Positions 1 to 9,029 of a DNA stretch of 42,679 nt are shown one piece after another. Each line of letters opens with the position of its first letter. Position 1 is the stretch's first letter. Source of the stretch: Treponema sp. (GTDB lineage: Bacteria; Spirochaetota; Spirochaetia; Treponematales; Treponemataceae); the NCBI GenBank assembly GCA_017476165.1, contig JAFVDR010000101.1:1-42679 (forward strand), given 5' to 3'. A model generated the notes under the pieces. It saw only the letters and a program-made list of their open reading frames with translations, had not been told where the DNA came from and searched no databases. The translations under genes were made by a program, and so were the position numbers.

Positions 1-206
1 ACGTGACCGACTATATGTGTTTGATTCAGGACGCTTTTCCTGGAATCTTTTTCTGAATTGCGATTCAGGCTTTGCTTTTTATTTTGAACGGGAACTTTAT
101 TTTTTTCTCACAAGAAAGACTGTTTTTTCTAAAAAAAACAGCCCTAAGTTGTATTTTTTTTAGAATTACTATTGACAACATGGGGCCTTATATGTGTTAG
201 GCGATA

Positions 207-539
207 TTACATAGTTACTGCAACAACATTATAATCCTGAAGAAGTTTCTTACCGCCAGTACGAAGAATCTGTAAGAATCTCTGGGCTGTACCCTGTGGA
301 ATATTTCTACCAGACTCCCATGCTTCCACGGTTTTAGGAGATACACCAAGAACAAAAGCAAAGTTTTTCTGTGTCAAGTTCAAATCTTCGCGAATCTGCT
401 TGATTTCTTTGTCATGATACTGAGGAAGTTCTGCAACAGTAACACTCATTTTTCTTGCTTTTGAAGCATCGCCTTTTGCATATGCAAGACTTTCGTTGAG
501 ACCATTCATAATGCTTTCAAATACTTTATTTTCTGCCAT
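207..539 (-). CDS. HigA-like XRE helix-turn-helix antitoxin
   Basis: HTH motif IREDLNLTQKNFAFVLGVSPKTVEAWESGRNIP; start moved to MAENK (ATG 539) with GGAGG SD at 546-550; downstream of and overlapping a RelE-like gene. Confidence 0.85.
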   Translation of the reverse strand: MAENKVFESIMNGLNESLAYAKGDASKARKMSVTVAELPQYHDKEIKQIREDLNLTQKNFAFVLGVSPKTVEAWESGRNIPQGTAQRFLQILRTGGKKLLQDYNVVAVTM

Positions 540-882
540 CTTGTGCCTCCTTCTCAGCATTTTTTATTGCCGTTACTATAGTTTTCATCTGATTTCGCTC
601 TGCTTTACTCAGATTTGCCTTTTCATTCTTTGGAAATGCAGTGAGAAGATAAATATGCTCGGCAAAAACTATATCCAAATACACAATCCTTGCTCCTCCA
701 CTTTTACCACGACCTTCCAAAGCCCAGCGGAATTTCTTAACTCCGCCGGTTCCTTCCAATGTATCTCCGCAATCAGGATTTTTGCAGATATATATTTCCA
801 GCTCGCCCAAATCATCATCATTCAAGCCAAGTTCTTTCCAAGTACGGTCAAATTCTTTTGTAATGATGAATTCTCTTGTCAT
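526..882 (-). CDS. RelE/HigB-family type II toxin
   Basis: Motif GDTLEGTGGVKKFRW...RGKSGGARIVY...LLTAFPKNEKANLS; toxin-first order; start MTREF at 882. Confidence 0.85.
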   Translation of the reverse strand: MTREFIITKEFDRTWKELGLNDDDLGELEIYICKNPDCGDTLEGTGGVKKFRWALEGRGKSGGARIVYLDIVFAEHIYLLTAFPKNEKANLSKAERNQMKTIVTAIKNAEKEAQDGRK

Positions 883-888
883 GGTTAT

Positions 889-917
889 AATATACACCCT
901 ACTGAATAGGGTGTCAA
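889..917 (-). promoter_or_regulatory. sigma70-type promoter of the TA operon with operator inverted repeat
   Basis: TTGACA (917-912), 17 bp, TATATT (894-889); 8-bp inverted repeat ACACCCTA/TAGGGTGT (894-901/907-914) spans the spacer. Confidence 0.7.
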
Positions 918-921
918 GTGA

Positions 922-1425
922 TTATAATTCAGCTGTTACGGCATCTATCAATCTCGATGCATTATTTAGCTTGTTGATTAGATTCACTAAATCCAGCTCT
1001 CCATTCTCTTTTTTTAAAAAGACATCATTAATAATTGCAACGTAAGTGTATTCTCCACATCTGTATCTTGAAGGTTTTGATATACTTAAGTCAAATTCGG
1101 AGGATTTTTCCTGTATGAGGTAAAAAATGTCATACAACACATCAATTGTTCGTTCCCATTTTCCACAGATTTTGATGAATAAGTTGATTTTATCAGCACA
1201 GTAGTTTTCTATTTGCAGATAGATTTCACAATTTTTTTCACTTGACAGTGAAGTAATGTGAAACCACAAGCCTAAGAACCCACCGTTTGGATTTGAAACA
1301 TAATCCCAATGAGACCAGTCGTTTTCAAGATTCGATTCAATGTAAGAATATAGACCTTTTGTCGCTTCCCATGAGTTCAGTTTTTCGTATTTATTACTCC
1401 GGAAATTAAAACCCGCAAACATCAA
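922..1425 (-). pseudogene. C-terminal fragment of a PD-(D/E)XK nuclease-family protein
   Basis: WDYVSNPNGGFLGLWF...IYLQIE resembles the C-terminal part of such proteins; no nuclease N-terminus and no clear SD/start. Confidence 0.45.
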
Positions 1426-1534
1426 GCAGCTTGCTTAGTTATGTAGGTAGGATAGGTTCCTGTTATTATACTTTTTTCAAGCAGAGTAAAGCCGCGTATT
1501 ACCGCTTCCTTGTTCTGTCCTAAAGTTGAATTTC

Positions 1535-1647
1535 ATTTCAGAAAGCAAGCTTGACTTGCTTTCTGAAATATTCTTTTTTGTAGTTGCTTCTTTTTAGTCT
1601 CCCTAAAATTCTATTTTTTGATTTCATCGAACTTGATTCGATGAAAT
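1535..1647. repeat. two related perfect hairpins with identical CTTGA loop
   Basis: ATTTCAGAAAGCAAG-CTTGA-CTTGCTTTCTGAAAT (1535-1569) and ATTTCATCGAA-CTTGA-TTCGATGAAAT (1621-1647). Confidence 0.8.
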
Positions 1648-1655
1648 TATATTCC

Positions 1656-2174
1656 TTATTTTTCTTCCTGAATACCTTTTTCTGTCATAAAATCAATTAT
1701 TAATTTTTGTTGTAGATTAGTTTCTACATCGAATCTCAATCCATCATGTTTTAGAAAAGATAATTTGTCTCCGTCTATTTTCTTCCAAGAAAATATATTT
1801 TTCCATTCGATAAATGAACCTTTTACTATTCCGTTACTATAAAAACCATTATATTGTGAGTATCTTTTTATTAAAATTATATCTAAAAGAGCAGGAACAA
1901 AAAATAAAAGATATACTAAGATGATTGGTTCTTTTAAAAGAATTGCATAAATTGTAAAGAAAAGAATCATTGCAATATAATATATATATGAACCTTTTCC
2001 AATAATTTTTTTATTCTGTATTTTTAATATTTCTGTACCAAATTTATTTATTTGTTTTTTTAAGGTTCCCAATTTGATTAAATTTATAATAATTCGAATT
2101 AGCGGAATAAGAAAAAAACGTGTAAAGAAAAATAAGTTAATTAAAAAATATACAATCTTTCGTAAATCATTCAT
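1656..2174 (-). CDS. hypothetical membrane protein
   Basis: 172-aa very AT-rich ORF with about three hydrophobic segments and a soluble C-terminus; GAGAG upstream of ATG. Confidence 0.65.
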   Translation of the reverse strand: MNDLRKIVYFLINLFFFTRFFLIPLIRIIINLIKLGTLKKQINKFGTEILKIQNKKIIGKGSYIYYIAMILFFTIYAILLKEPIILVYLLFFVPALLDIILIKRYSQYNGFYSNGIVKGSFIEWKNIFSWKKIDGDKLSFLKHDGLRFDVETNLQQKLIIDFMTEKGIQEEK

Positions 2175-2184
2175 TTTTATCTCT

Positions 2185-2769
2185 CTAAAAGCAGGCCAGT
2201 GCGCCTGTCGTCATATCAATTGGTTTGTTGTAACTAGAAGCAGAAGCGCCCTTGTTTGAACTTGCTTTCATATACTCGTCGTTTGCCTTGGTGAATTCGT
2301 CCTGAGCAGAACGGATAGAATCAATTGCTTCTGTCACACCTTCCAATCCTTTGATGTTTTCTGCAAGTGAATCTGCGGAGAAGTCCTGCAAAAGGCTTTC
2401 AATCATTGAAGATTCGCTCGTGTAGTTGGCGGTTGTGATTCCAGCTTTTGCATACTTGTCGTAGATTGCTTTGAGTGGGGCAGAAAGTTCTTTTTTACTT
2501 GCAATCGGGAAAACGGCATAGGCAGCAAGAACCGTTCCCAATGTTTTTATAGCCTCATCTCGTGCACTGTCAGCAGAATCGAGCGTAGAGAGAGTCTTGT
2601 CTTGTAAAATAGCTGTCGTGATTAGAGCTGAAAGCGATTCGAGTTCCTCAAGGGCAGATTTCAGAAACGAATCAGATTGAGCCTTTTCGTCCGCCTTGAA
2701 ATTGCGAATGATTGAGTCCGCAAGTCCGTCAACCTCAGCGTTGCGGATTGCAGTTTTCAACTTGTTCAT
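2185..2769 (-). CDS. DUF6261-like helical protein, probably C-terminally truncated
   Basis: MNKLKTAIRNAEVDGLADSIIR...ADSARDEAIKTL...YTSESSMIESLLQD resembles Treponema DUF6261 proteins; the tail DMTTGALACF looks unrelated. Confidence 0.6.
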   Translation of the reverse strand: MNKLKTAIRNAEVDGLADSIIRNFKADEKAQSDSFLKSALEELESLSALITTAILQDKTLSTLDSADSARDEAIKTLGTVLAAYAVFPIASKKELSAPLKAIYDKYAKAGITTANYTSESSMIESLLQDFSADSLAENIKGLEGVTEAIDSIRSAQDEFTKANDEYMKASSNKGASASSYNKPIDMTTGALACF

Positions 2770-2835
2770 AAACTTGTCCTACTTTTTTATGAATCTGCTT
2801 TAAAAATACTGAAATTTTCCGCAATCGACAAATTT

Positions 2836-3092
2836 TTCCTTAAAATAAGGATTAGATTTGAAATTTATAGGCTTCCTTACCATAAGGATTTTTGATTTGT
2901 GAATTTTCGGACTGCCTTATTTTAAGGAATGGAGACTTTACAATTTTTTGCGGTTCCTTATTTTGAGGAAGTGAAAACTAATAGAAAAACTCAATTCCTT
3001 ATATTGAGGACATACAATTTATAAGAAAAACAGACTTCCTTATTTTGCGGAAGCCTGTTTTAGAAGTAACTTCTGAACCTTATTTTTAAGAT
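2836..3092. repeat. array of 7 palindromic 17-bp repeats with unique 20-24-nt spacers
   Basis: Cores start at 2836, 2873, 2913, 2954, 2995, 3036, 3076; consensus TTCCTTA-NNN-TAAGGAA; periods 37, 40, 41, 41, 41, 40. Confidence 0.85.
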
Positions 3093-3124
3093 GGTAAAAA
3101 TAATTGACAAACTCCACAACTTGG

Positions 3125-3156
3125 TGTTTACAGGTTGTTTACATTTATGATATACT
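3125..3156 (+). promoter_or_regulatory. putative promoter with TGTTTACA direct repeat
   Basis: TTTACA (3127-3132), 18 bp, TGa-TATACT (3151-3156); TGTTTACA at 3125 and 3136. Confidence 0.45.
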
Positions 3157-3260
3157 GGCTTTAGTTGGATTAATTTTTCTGCATGGATACTGTAGGCATG
3201 CAGTCTTCTTCTGTGCTTTTCATTTGTTCGGGAAGTGAGACTCCACGAGAGAGGTGTGCT

Positions 3261-4574
3261 ATGAAAAATGTATGCAAGTTGGTGGGCGTAGCTCTTGTAT
3301 GTTCTGTCTTTTTCCTGATGCCATGCTGTTCTTCTGACGGTGGTGGCGATGACGGCAATAATGGAACTGTTTCAACTGATAGGACTTTGGCAGTCAATCC
3401 TTTGAAAGGCTTTATCTGTTGGGAAGACAAAAAGACTGACCTGTGCAGCCTTGAGTTTGTGCAGATTAAATTCAACGAAGTGCTTACGGCAAACAAGTCC
3501 TGCGATTTCAGTGTGCTCGAACAAAAGCTGAAGGCAGCCAAGGCTCGCCGTCGTCAGGCTGTGGTGCGCATTGTCATTGAAATTCCCGATGACGGATTGT
3601 ACCTGCCGTCGTTTTTGAATTCCGTTCCGCGCTATTCCTATGCAAAGGGAACGACCCCAAACTATAACAACGCAACGCTTTTGGAACAGATTCTGTATGT
3701 AATTGAGCAATTCGGAAGCAAATATGACGGTGATCCTCGCATTGCCCTTGTACAGACAGGAATGCTGGGGCATTGGGGCGAACAGCATACTACGTATCTT
3801 TCGAGCAATCATCCCGGCCGCATCAATGATGAAACGTATGAAAAATTCTTCAAGACATTTGCCAAAAGTTTTACCAAGACGCTGATTGCAGCTGGTGCTC
3901 CGAACAGGCCGGGAGCAATTTCGTATCCAAGCATAGGGTTTTATCACGACACGCTGTACGCAGATGCTGAAGACCAGGACTATCGCAATCGGCTGAACAA
4001 GGTTTCCGGCTGGAGTCGATGGCAGACTTCGATGATTACGGGTGAAATTGCAAGCGGTGAAAAGGGGCGGCTGTGCTCCAATTCCGGGGATGAGGCGGTG
4101 TTTTCAAAATTCAAGAGCCGCATGTCTGAGTTCCATGTATCGTCGTGCCTGTTCAACAGGATTTTTTCAAGTTCTGCCAACAGGACTAACATACTGATTT
4201 ATTCAAGCTATTTGGGCTACAACTTTGTTCCAAAGGTAAATGCCGTATCGGCTTCGGGCAAAAGCGTTTCCGTGTCTTTGTCCCTGCAAAACAACGGCTG
4301 TGCTCCGTTTTACTATGACTGGCCGGCATACATTGCCATTGCCAAGGGCGGTTCAATTGTGGAAAAGCATTCAGCTTCTGCCGTAAAGATTCATTCCGTT
4401 AATCCCGGCGAAACAAAGGCCTTTTCCGTTACGAAAGACTTTTCGAAGGATCCTTCGGGGTGCACCGTACTGCTGGCGGTTCCCAACAAGATGGATGGCG
4501 GGTATCCCGTTTCCTTTGACAGTGCTCAAATGAACAGGGATGTCAGCGGATGGCTGTCAGTGGGATCTCTTTGA
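3261..4574 (+). CDS. lipoprotein with DUF4832-like glycoside-hydrolase-type domain
   Basis: Start MKNVCK after GAGAGG; signal peptide ending in Cys plus Ser/Gly/Asp linker; motifs NPLKGF, YDGDPRIALVQTGMLGHWGEQH, NNGCAPFYYDWP. Confidence 0.7.
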   Translation: MKNVCKLVGVALVCSVFFLMPCCSSDGGGDDGNNGTVSTDRTLAVNPLKGFICWEDKKTDLCSLEFVQIKFNEVLTANKSCDFSVLEQKLKAAKARRRQAVVRIVIEIPDDGLYLPSFLNSVPRYSYAKGTTPNYNNATLLEQILYVIEQFGSKYDGDPRIALVQTGMLGHWGEQHTTYLSSNHPGRINDETYEKFFKTFAKSFTKTLIAAGAPNRPGAISYPSIGFYHDTLYADAEDQDYRNRLNKVSGWSRWQTSMITGEIASGEKGRLCSNSGDEAVFSKFKSRMSEFHVSSCLFNRIFSSSANRTNILIYSSYLGYNFVPKVNAVSASGKSVSVSLSLQNNGCAPFYYDWPAYIAIAKGGSIVEKHSASAVKIHSVNPGETKAFSVTKDFSKDPSGCTVLLAVPNKMDGGYPVSFDSAQMNRDVSGWLSVGSL

Positions 4575-4601
4575 AAAACAGGTGACATCGAAAAAAAATC
4601 G

Positions 4602-4629
4602 TGGACAAAAATGGCTTTCATGCTATAAT
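4602..4629 (+). promoter_or_regulatory. xylA promoter
   Basis: TGGACA (4602-4607), 16 bp, TGc-TATAAT (4624-4629); GGAGG SD before ATG 4668. Confidence 0.55.
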
Positions 4630-4667
4630 TAGCTTATGCTAACTTATAGGCATGGAGGTTTTAGTTC

Positions 4668-5984
4668 ATGGATACCATTTTTAAAAGTATTCCGGTAGTT
4701 AAATACGAGGGTGCGGACAGTACGAATCCGTATGCATTCAAATATTATGATGCAAACCGCCTGTTCATGGGCAAGACGATGAAGGAGCATCTGCCGTTTG
4801 CAATGGCATGGTGGCACAATCTGGGGGCAAACGGCGTGGACATGTTCGGCTCTGGAACAACGGACAAGACGTTTGGTGCAAAGCCCGGCACGATGGAACA
4901 CGCAAAGGCAAAGGTTGATGCAGGCGTTGAATTCATGCAGAAGCTCGGCATTGACTATTACTGCTGGCACGACGTTGACCTTGTGCCCGAAGCCGACGAC
5001 ATTAACGAAACGAACCGCCGTCTGGACGAAATTTCCGATTACATTTTGGAAAAGACAAAGGGCACGAACATCAAGTGTCTGTGGGGCACGGCAAATATGT
5101 TCGGCAATCCACGGTACATGAACGGGGCTGGAAGCACGAACTCTGCCGATGTGTTCTGCTTTGCGGCGGCACAGGTAAAAAAAGCTCTTGATATTACCGT
5201 AAAGCTTGGCGGGCGGGGCTATGTGTTCTGGGGTGGTCGTGAAGGCTACGAAACGCTGTTGAATACGGACGTGAAGTTTGAACAGGAAAATATTGCAAAG
5301 CTCATGCATCTTGCCGTGGACTATGGACGGAGCATCGGCTTTAAGGGCGACTTTTACATTGAGCCAAAGCCAAAGGAACCGATGAAGCATCAGTACGACT
5401 TTGATGCTGCAACGGCAATCGGATTTTTGCGTCAGTATGGTCTGGACAAGGACTTTAAGATGAACATCGAGGCAAACCATGCAACGCTGGCGGGGCATAC
5501 CTTTCAGCATGAACTGCGAATCAGCCGCATAAACGGAATGCTTGGTTCCATCGATGCCAATCAGGGTGACACGCTCCTTGGCTGGGACACGGACGAATTC
5601 CCGTGCAACGTGTACGATGCCACCATGGCCATGTACGAAGTGCTCAAGAACGGCGGACTGACGGGTGGGTTCAACTTTGATTCCAAGACGCGCCGACCAA
5701 GCAACACGCCGGAAGACATGTTCCACGCATACATTCTGGGCATGGACACGTTTGCCCTTGGGCTGATTAAGGCTGCCGAGCTGATTGAAGACGGCAGGAT
5801 TGATGCCTTTGTCAAGGAAAAGTATGCAAGCTATGGAAGCGGCATTGGCAAGAAAATCCGCGACGGCTCTGTTACGCTTGCAGAACTGGCAGAACATGCT
5901 GCACAGCTCAAAAAGCCTGAGCTGCCGGGTTCTGGCCGCCAGGAATATCTTGAATCTATTGTAAACAACATTTTGTTCAGATAG
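4668..5984 (+). CDS. xylA: xylose isomerase (class II)
   Basis: [51 protein letters not shown] motifs; 438 aa. Confidence 0.97.
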   Translation: MDTIFKSIPVVKYEGADSTNPYAFKYYDANRLFMGKTMKEHLPFAMAWWHNLGANGVDMFGSGTTDKTFGAKPGTMEHAKAKVDAGVEFMQKLGIDYYCWHDVDLVPEADDINETNRRLDEISDYILEKTKGTNIKCLWGTANMFGNPRYMNGAGSTNSADVFCFAAAQVKKALDITVKLGGRGYVFWGGREGYETLLNTDVKFEQENIAKLMHLAVDYGRSIGFKGDFYIEPKPKEPMKHQYDFDAATAIGFLRQYGLDKDFKMNIEANHATLAGHTFQHELRISRINGMLGSIDANQGDTLLGWDTDEFPCNVYDATMAMYEVLKNGGLTGGFNFDSKTRRPSNTPEDMFHAYILGMDTFALGLIKAAELIEDGRIDAFVKEKYASYGSGIGKKIRDGSVTLAELAEHAAQLKKPELPGSGRQEYLESIVNNILFR

Positions 5985-6441
5985 GTTTCCAATCGCATGC
6001 TGCTTCGAGAATCCGTGCGCATTCTTCGAGCATGAGCTTGTCATCGTCTGTAAAGCGGCTCTTTTGGGGGCTGTCGATGTCAAGCACTGCGACTACGTTC
6101 CCCTTTGCATCGTGCAGGGGAACGACTATTTCTGAGTTCGAAGCAGCATCGCATGCAATGTGTCCTGCAAACTGATGTACATCTGCTACGAGCTGTGTGG
6201 CATCCTGCGTTGAGGCTGTTCCGCATACGCCTTTTCCCACGGGAATGCGGATGCATGCAGGTTTTCCCTGAAAAGGTCCGAGGAGCAGGTATCCTTCGCG
6301 TTCGACAGTGTAAAATCCCGCCCAGTTTATGTTTTCCATTTTCATCCATAGCAGGGCGGCTGCATTTGCCATGTTCGGAATGCAGTGCCGTTCGTCCTGC
6401 ACGAGTGCGGCGAGTTCTTTGCAAATCTGTTCAGTGTTCAT
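5977..6441 (-). CDS. msrC: GAF-domain free methionine-(R)-sulfoxide reductase (MsrC/YebR family)
   Basis: INWAGFY...[21 protein letters not shown]...[16 protein letters not shown]...VLDIDSP. Confidence 0.88.
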   Translation of the reverse strand: MNTEQICKELAALVQDERHCIPNMANAAALLWMKMENINWAGFYTVEREGYLLLGPFQGKPACIRIPVGKGVCGTASTQDATQLVADVHQFAGHIACDAASNSEIVVPLHDAKGNVVAVLDIDSPQKSRFTDDDKLMLEECARILEAACDWKPI

Positions 6442-6552
6442 GTTGTTCAGTCCTTTTTTCCATTATAGGTGGCAGACCCTTTTAGTCAAGTTGTGCCGCG
6501 GCAAAATGCTACAATTGAAACATTTTACATTATCATATAGAATAGCCTCATT

Positions 6553-7914
6553 ATGATATTTTCACCGGTAGAAATTGAACAGACTGTAAACATGTTTATG
6601 CGGCAGAAGCTTGATATCCGCTGCATTACTATGGGAATTTCACTCCTTGACTGTGCTGCCGAAGACAGTAAGGTTGCCTGCCAAAAGATTTACGACAAGA
6701 TTATGAAGAGGGCGCAGAATCTTGTAAAGGTTGGACAGGACATAGAAAAGGAATTCGGCGTTCCAATCATCAACAAGCGCATTTCCGTTACGCCGATAGC
6801 CCTTGTTGCCGGTGCAAGCAATGCAACTTCTTACGTAGATTACTGTCGCACGCTGGACAAATGCGCCCACGAACTTGGCGTGAACTTTCTCGGCGGATTC
6901 AGCGCCCTTGTGCAGAAGGGCATTACTCCTTCAGATAAAATCCTTATTGAATCAATTCCTGAAGCTCTTGCCGAAACAGAATGTGTTTGTTCTTCGGTAA
7001 ATGTGGGCACAACGAAAAACGGCATCAACATGAATGCCGTAAAGCTCATGGGCGAAACCATAAAGAAAACGGCTGACGTTTCAAAGGACAAGCCAGTAAA
7101 CGGATGTGCAAAGCTTGTAGTGTTCTGCAATGCTCCCGAAGACAATCCGTTTATGGCAGGTGCATTCCACGGACCGGGAGAAGGGGATGCCGTCATCAAT
7201 GTCGGTGTGTCTGGTCCTGGCGTTATTCTTGCTGCTGCAAAGGAATTCAAAGGCAAGCCTATCAACGAGCTTGCTGATGGCATCAAAAAGATGGCGTTCA
7301 AGATTACCCGCATGGGACAGCTTGTGGGAACAGAAGCAGCACGCCGCCTTGGCGTAGACTTTGGCATTCTCGATTTGTCTCTTGCACCGACACCTGCTGT
7401 CGGCGATTCCGTGGCACGCATTCTCGAAGAGATTGGCCTTGAAGGCTGCGGTGCTCCAGGAACGACTGCTGCCCTTGCCATGCTTACTGACATGGTAAAG
7501 AAAGGCGGTGTCATGGCAAGCACGAATGTTGGCGGCTTGAGCGGTGCATTCATTCCTGTCAGCGAAGATGAAGGCATGATTAATGCCGTAAAGCAGAACA
7601 GCATTTCCCTTGAAAAACTTGAAGCAATGACTACTGTTTGCTCTGTCGGCTTGGACATGATTGCCATTCCGGGCGATACTTCTGCCACGACAATCAGCGG
7701 CATTCTTGCAGATGAATTTGCAATCGGCATGGTAAACAACAAGACTACGGCATGCCGCCTTATTCCTGCTCCTGGAAAGAAAGCCGGAGAATGGGTGGAG
7801 TTTGGCGGACTTTTGGGCGGATGCCCTGTCATGAACGTGAACAAATTTAGCTGTGCTGACTTTATCAATCGCGGTGGACGCATTCCAGCTCCAATCCATT
7901 CTTTCAGGAACTAG
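6553..7914 (+). CDS. DUF711/UPF0210 (PFL-like) protein
   Basis: [64 protein letters not shown]. Confidence 0.92.
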   Translation: MIFSPVEIEQTVNMFMRQKLDIRCITMGISLLDCAAEDSKVACQKIYDKIMKRAQNLVKVGQDIEKEFGVPIINKRISVTPIALVAGASNATSYVDYCRTLDKCAHELGVNFLGGFSALVQKGITPSDKILIESIPEALAETECVCSSVNVGTTKNGINMNAVKLMGETIKKTADVSKDKPVNGCAKLVVFCNAPEDNPFMAGAFHGPGEGDAVINVGVSGPGVILAAAKEFKGKPINELADGIKKMAFKITRMGQLVGTEAARRLGVDFGILDLSLAPTPAVGDSVARILEEIGLEGCGAPGTTAALAMLTDMVKKGGVMASTNVGGLSGAFIPVSEDEGMINAVKQNSISLEKLEAMTTVCSVGLDMIAIPGDTSATTISGILADEFAIGMVNNKTTACRLIPAPGKKAGEWVEFGGLLGGCPVMNVNKFSCADFINRGGRIPAPIHSFRN

Positions 7915-7917
7915 CAA

Positions 7918-8766
7918 TTGTCTTTCCTGCGTATCATTTTGGCACAGAACGAGCAGCAGTATCGTGCGGCACAGCATTTTGTTGCTCCCTACGAACAGCA
8001 CTGCTGTTCGCTCATGCACAAGATTATTGCGGGGGAAGGCGGACTGCATGTCATTGCGGAGCAGAATCGCATTCGCGGAGTGCTGTTTTTTTCGCAGGGT
8101 GGAACGGTGCTGCCCTGCCTGCCGCACAGAAGCAAAGACCTTGCCGTCTTGCTGCAGCAGTTCTTTCATGAAAAAATCGTTGCCTGCATCAACGGCAAGG
8201 CTGATTACGTTACCTTTTTGAACAAGCTTTTGACTGATACCGAAGAGCACGAGCTGAGCGACACTCGGTTCTATTACTTGATGGAGCATGAGTATTCAAT
8301 CCATCTGAATCTTGTGCCGCCGTATACCATGACGCACTGTACTGCGGCTCATGCAGATGCTTTGTTTCCGCTGCATTTTTCATACTTGCTGGAAGAGGTG
8401 CAAAGCCCTTTGTCTGATCCGAATCCTGTAGAAGAGCGTCAAGTCCTCAAAAACATTTTGCGTTCCCAGTATGTTGTTGCGGTGCTTAAGAACGGAATGC
8501 CTGTGTCAAAGGCGCAAACGAATGCAAAGGGATTGCAGTACGTGCAGATTGGCGGTGTGTATACTGAACGGCAGAGCCGCCGGCATGGATTTGCAGGTAT
8601 GCTGGTGTCAGATATTGCTGATTGGGCAGCGCAACAGCACAAAAAGACGGTTCTGTTTGTAAACAGGTACAACACGCAGGCCCTGCATTCATATCAGAAT
8701 GCAGGCTTTACGGCGGTAGACAACTATATCATTTCGTATTTTGTAGTTCCAAAAACATCTCTGTAA
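7918..8766 (+). CDS. GNAT-family N-acetyltransferase
   Basis: C-terminal QIGGVYTERQSRRHGFA...LFVNRYNTQALHSYQNAGF acetyl-CoA-binding motifs; TTG start 3 nt after upstream stop. Confidence 0.8.
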   Translation: MSFLRIILAQNEQQYRAAQHFVAPYEQHCCSLMHKIIAGEGGLHVIAEQNRIRGVLFFSQGGTVLPCLPHRSKDLAVLLQQFFHEKIVACINGKADYVTFLNKLLTDTEEHELSDTRFYYLMEHEYSIHLNLVPPYTMTHCTAAHADALFPLHFSYLLEEVQSPLSDPNPVEERQVLKNILRSQYVVAVLKNGMPVSKAQTNAKGLQYVQIGGVYTERQSRRHGFAGMLVSDIADWAAQQHKKTVLFVNRYNTQALHSYQNAGFTAVDNYIISYFVVPKTSL

Positions 8767-9029
8767 GTGGAAGCTTCTGACGTAACCTCTTGTTCGCAGG
8801 CGAATTTTGCCTCTTTGCAAACGCAGATGTTCAATTGCGCTCTGCAATTCAAAGCACTTTTTAAAGATTGGGCTATCTGGAAAAAGACAGATAGTGACCG
8901 CTTGAAGGTGTGAATCCAAAGACTGGTTGACCTAGTGAATTTGTGCCAAAAGTCACGGAAATTGATGTTTCATTTTGTCAACGTATTTTGGTTGACATTT
9001 CCTTAAGCTTTTTCAATAATTTAAACAGT

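Noticed and set aside
172-200. Plus-strand promoter at TTGACA 172-177
   Set aside because: No acceptable -10 at 16-18 bp and no plus-strand gene downstream.
2836-3092. Calling the array a CRISPR
   Set aside because: Repeats are only 17 bp and degenerate, spacers are short, and no cas gene or leader is recognisable; kept as an unclassified array.
4644-6083. 479-aa minus-strand ORF and other long antisense ORFs (6840-7883, 7081-8289, 20146-21063, 34265-35065, 38190-38963)
   Set aside because: Shadow frames opposite well-supported genes, with no recognisable motifs.
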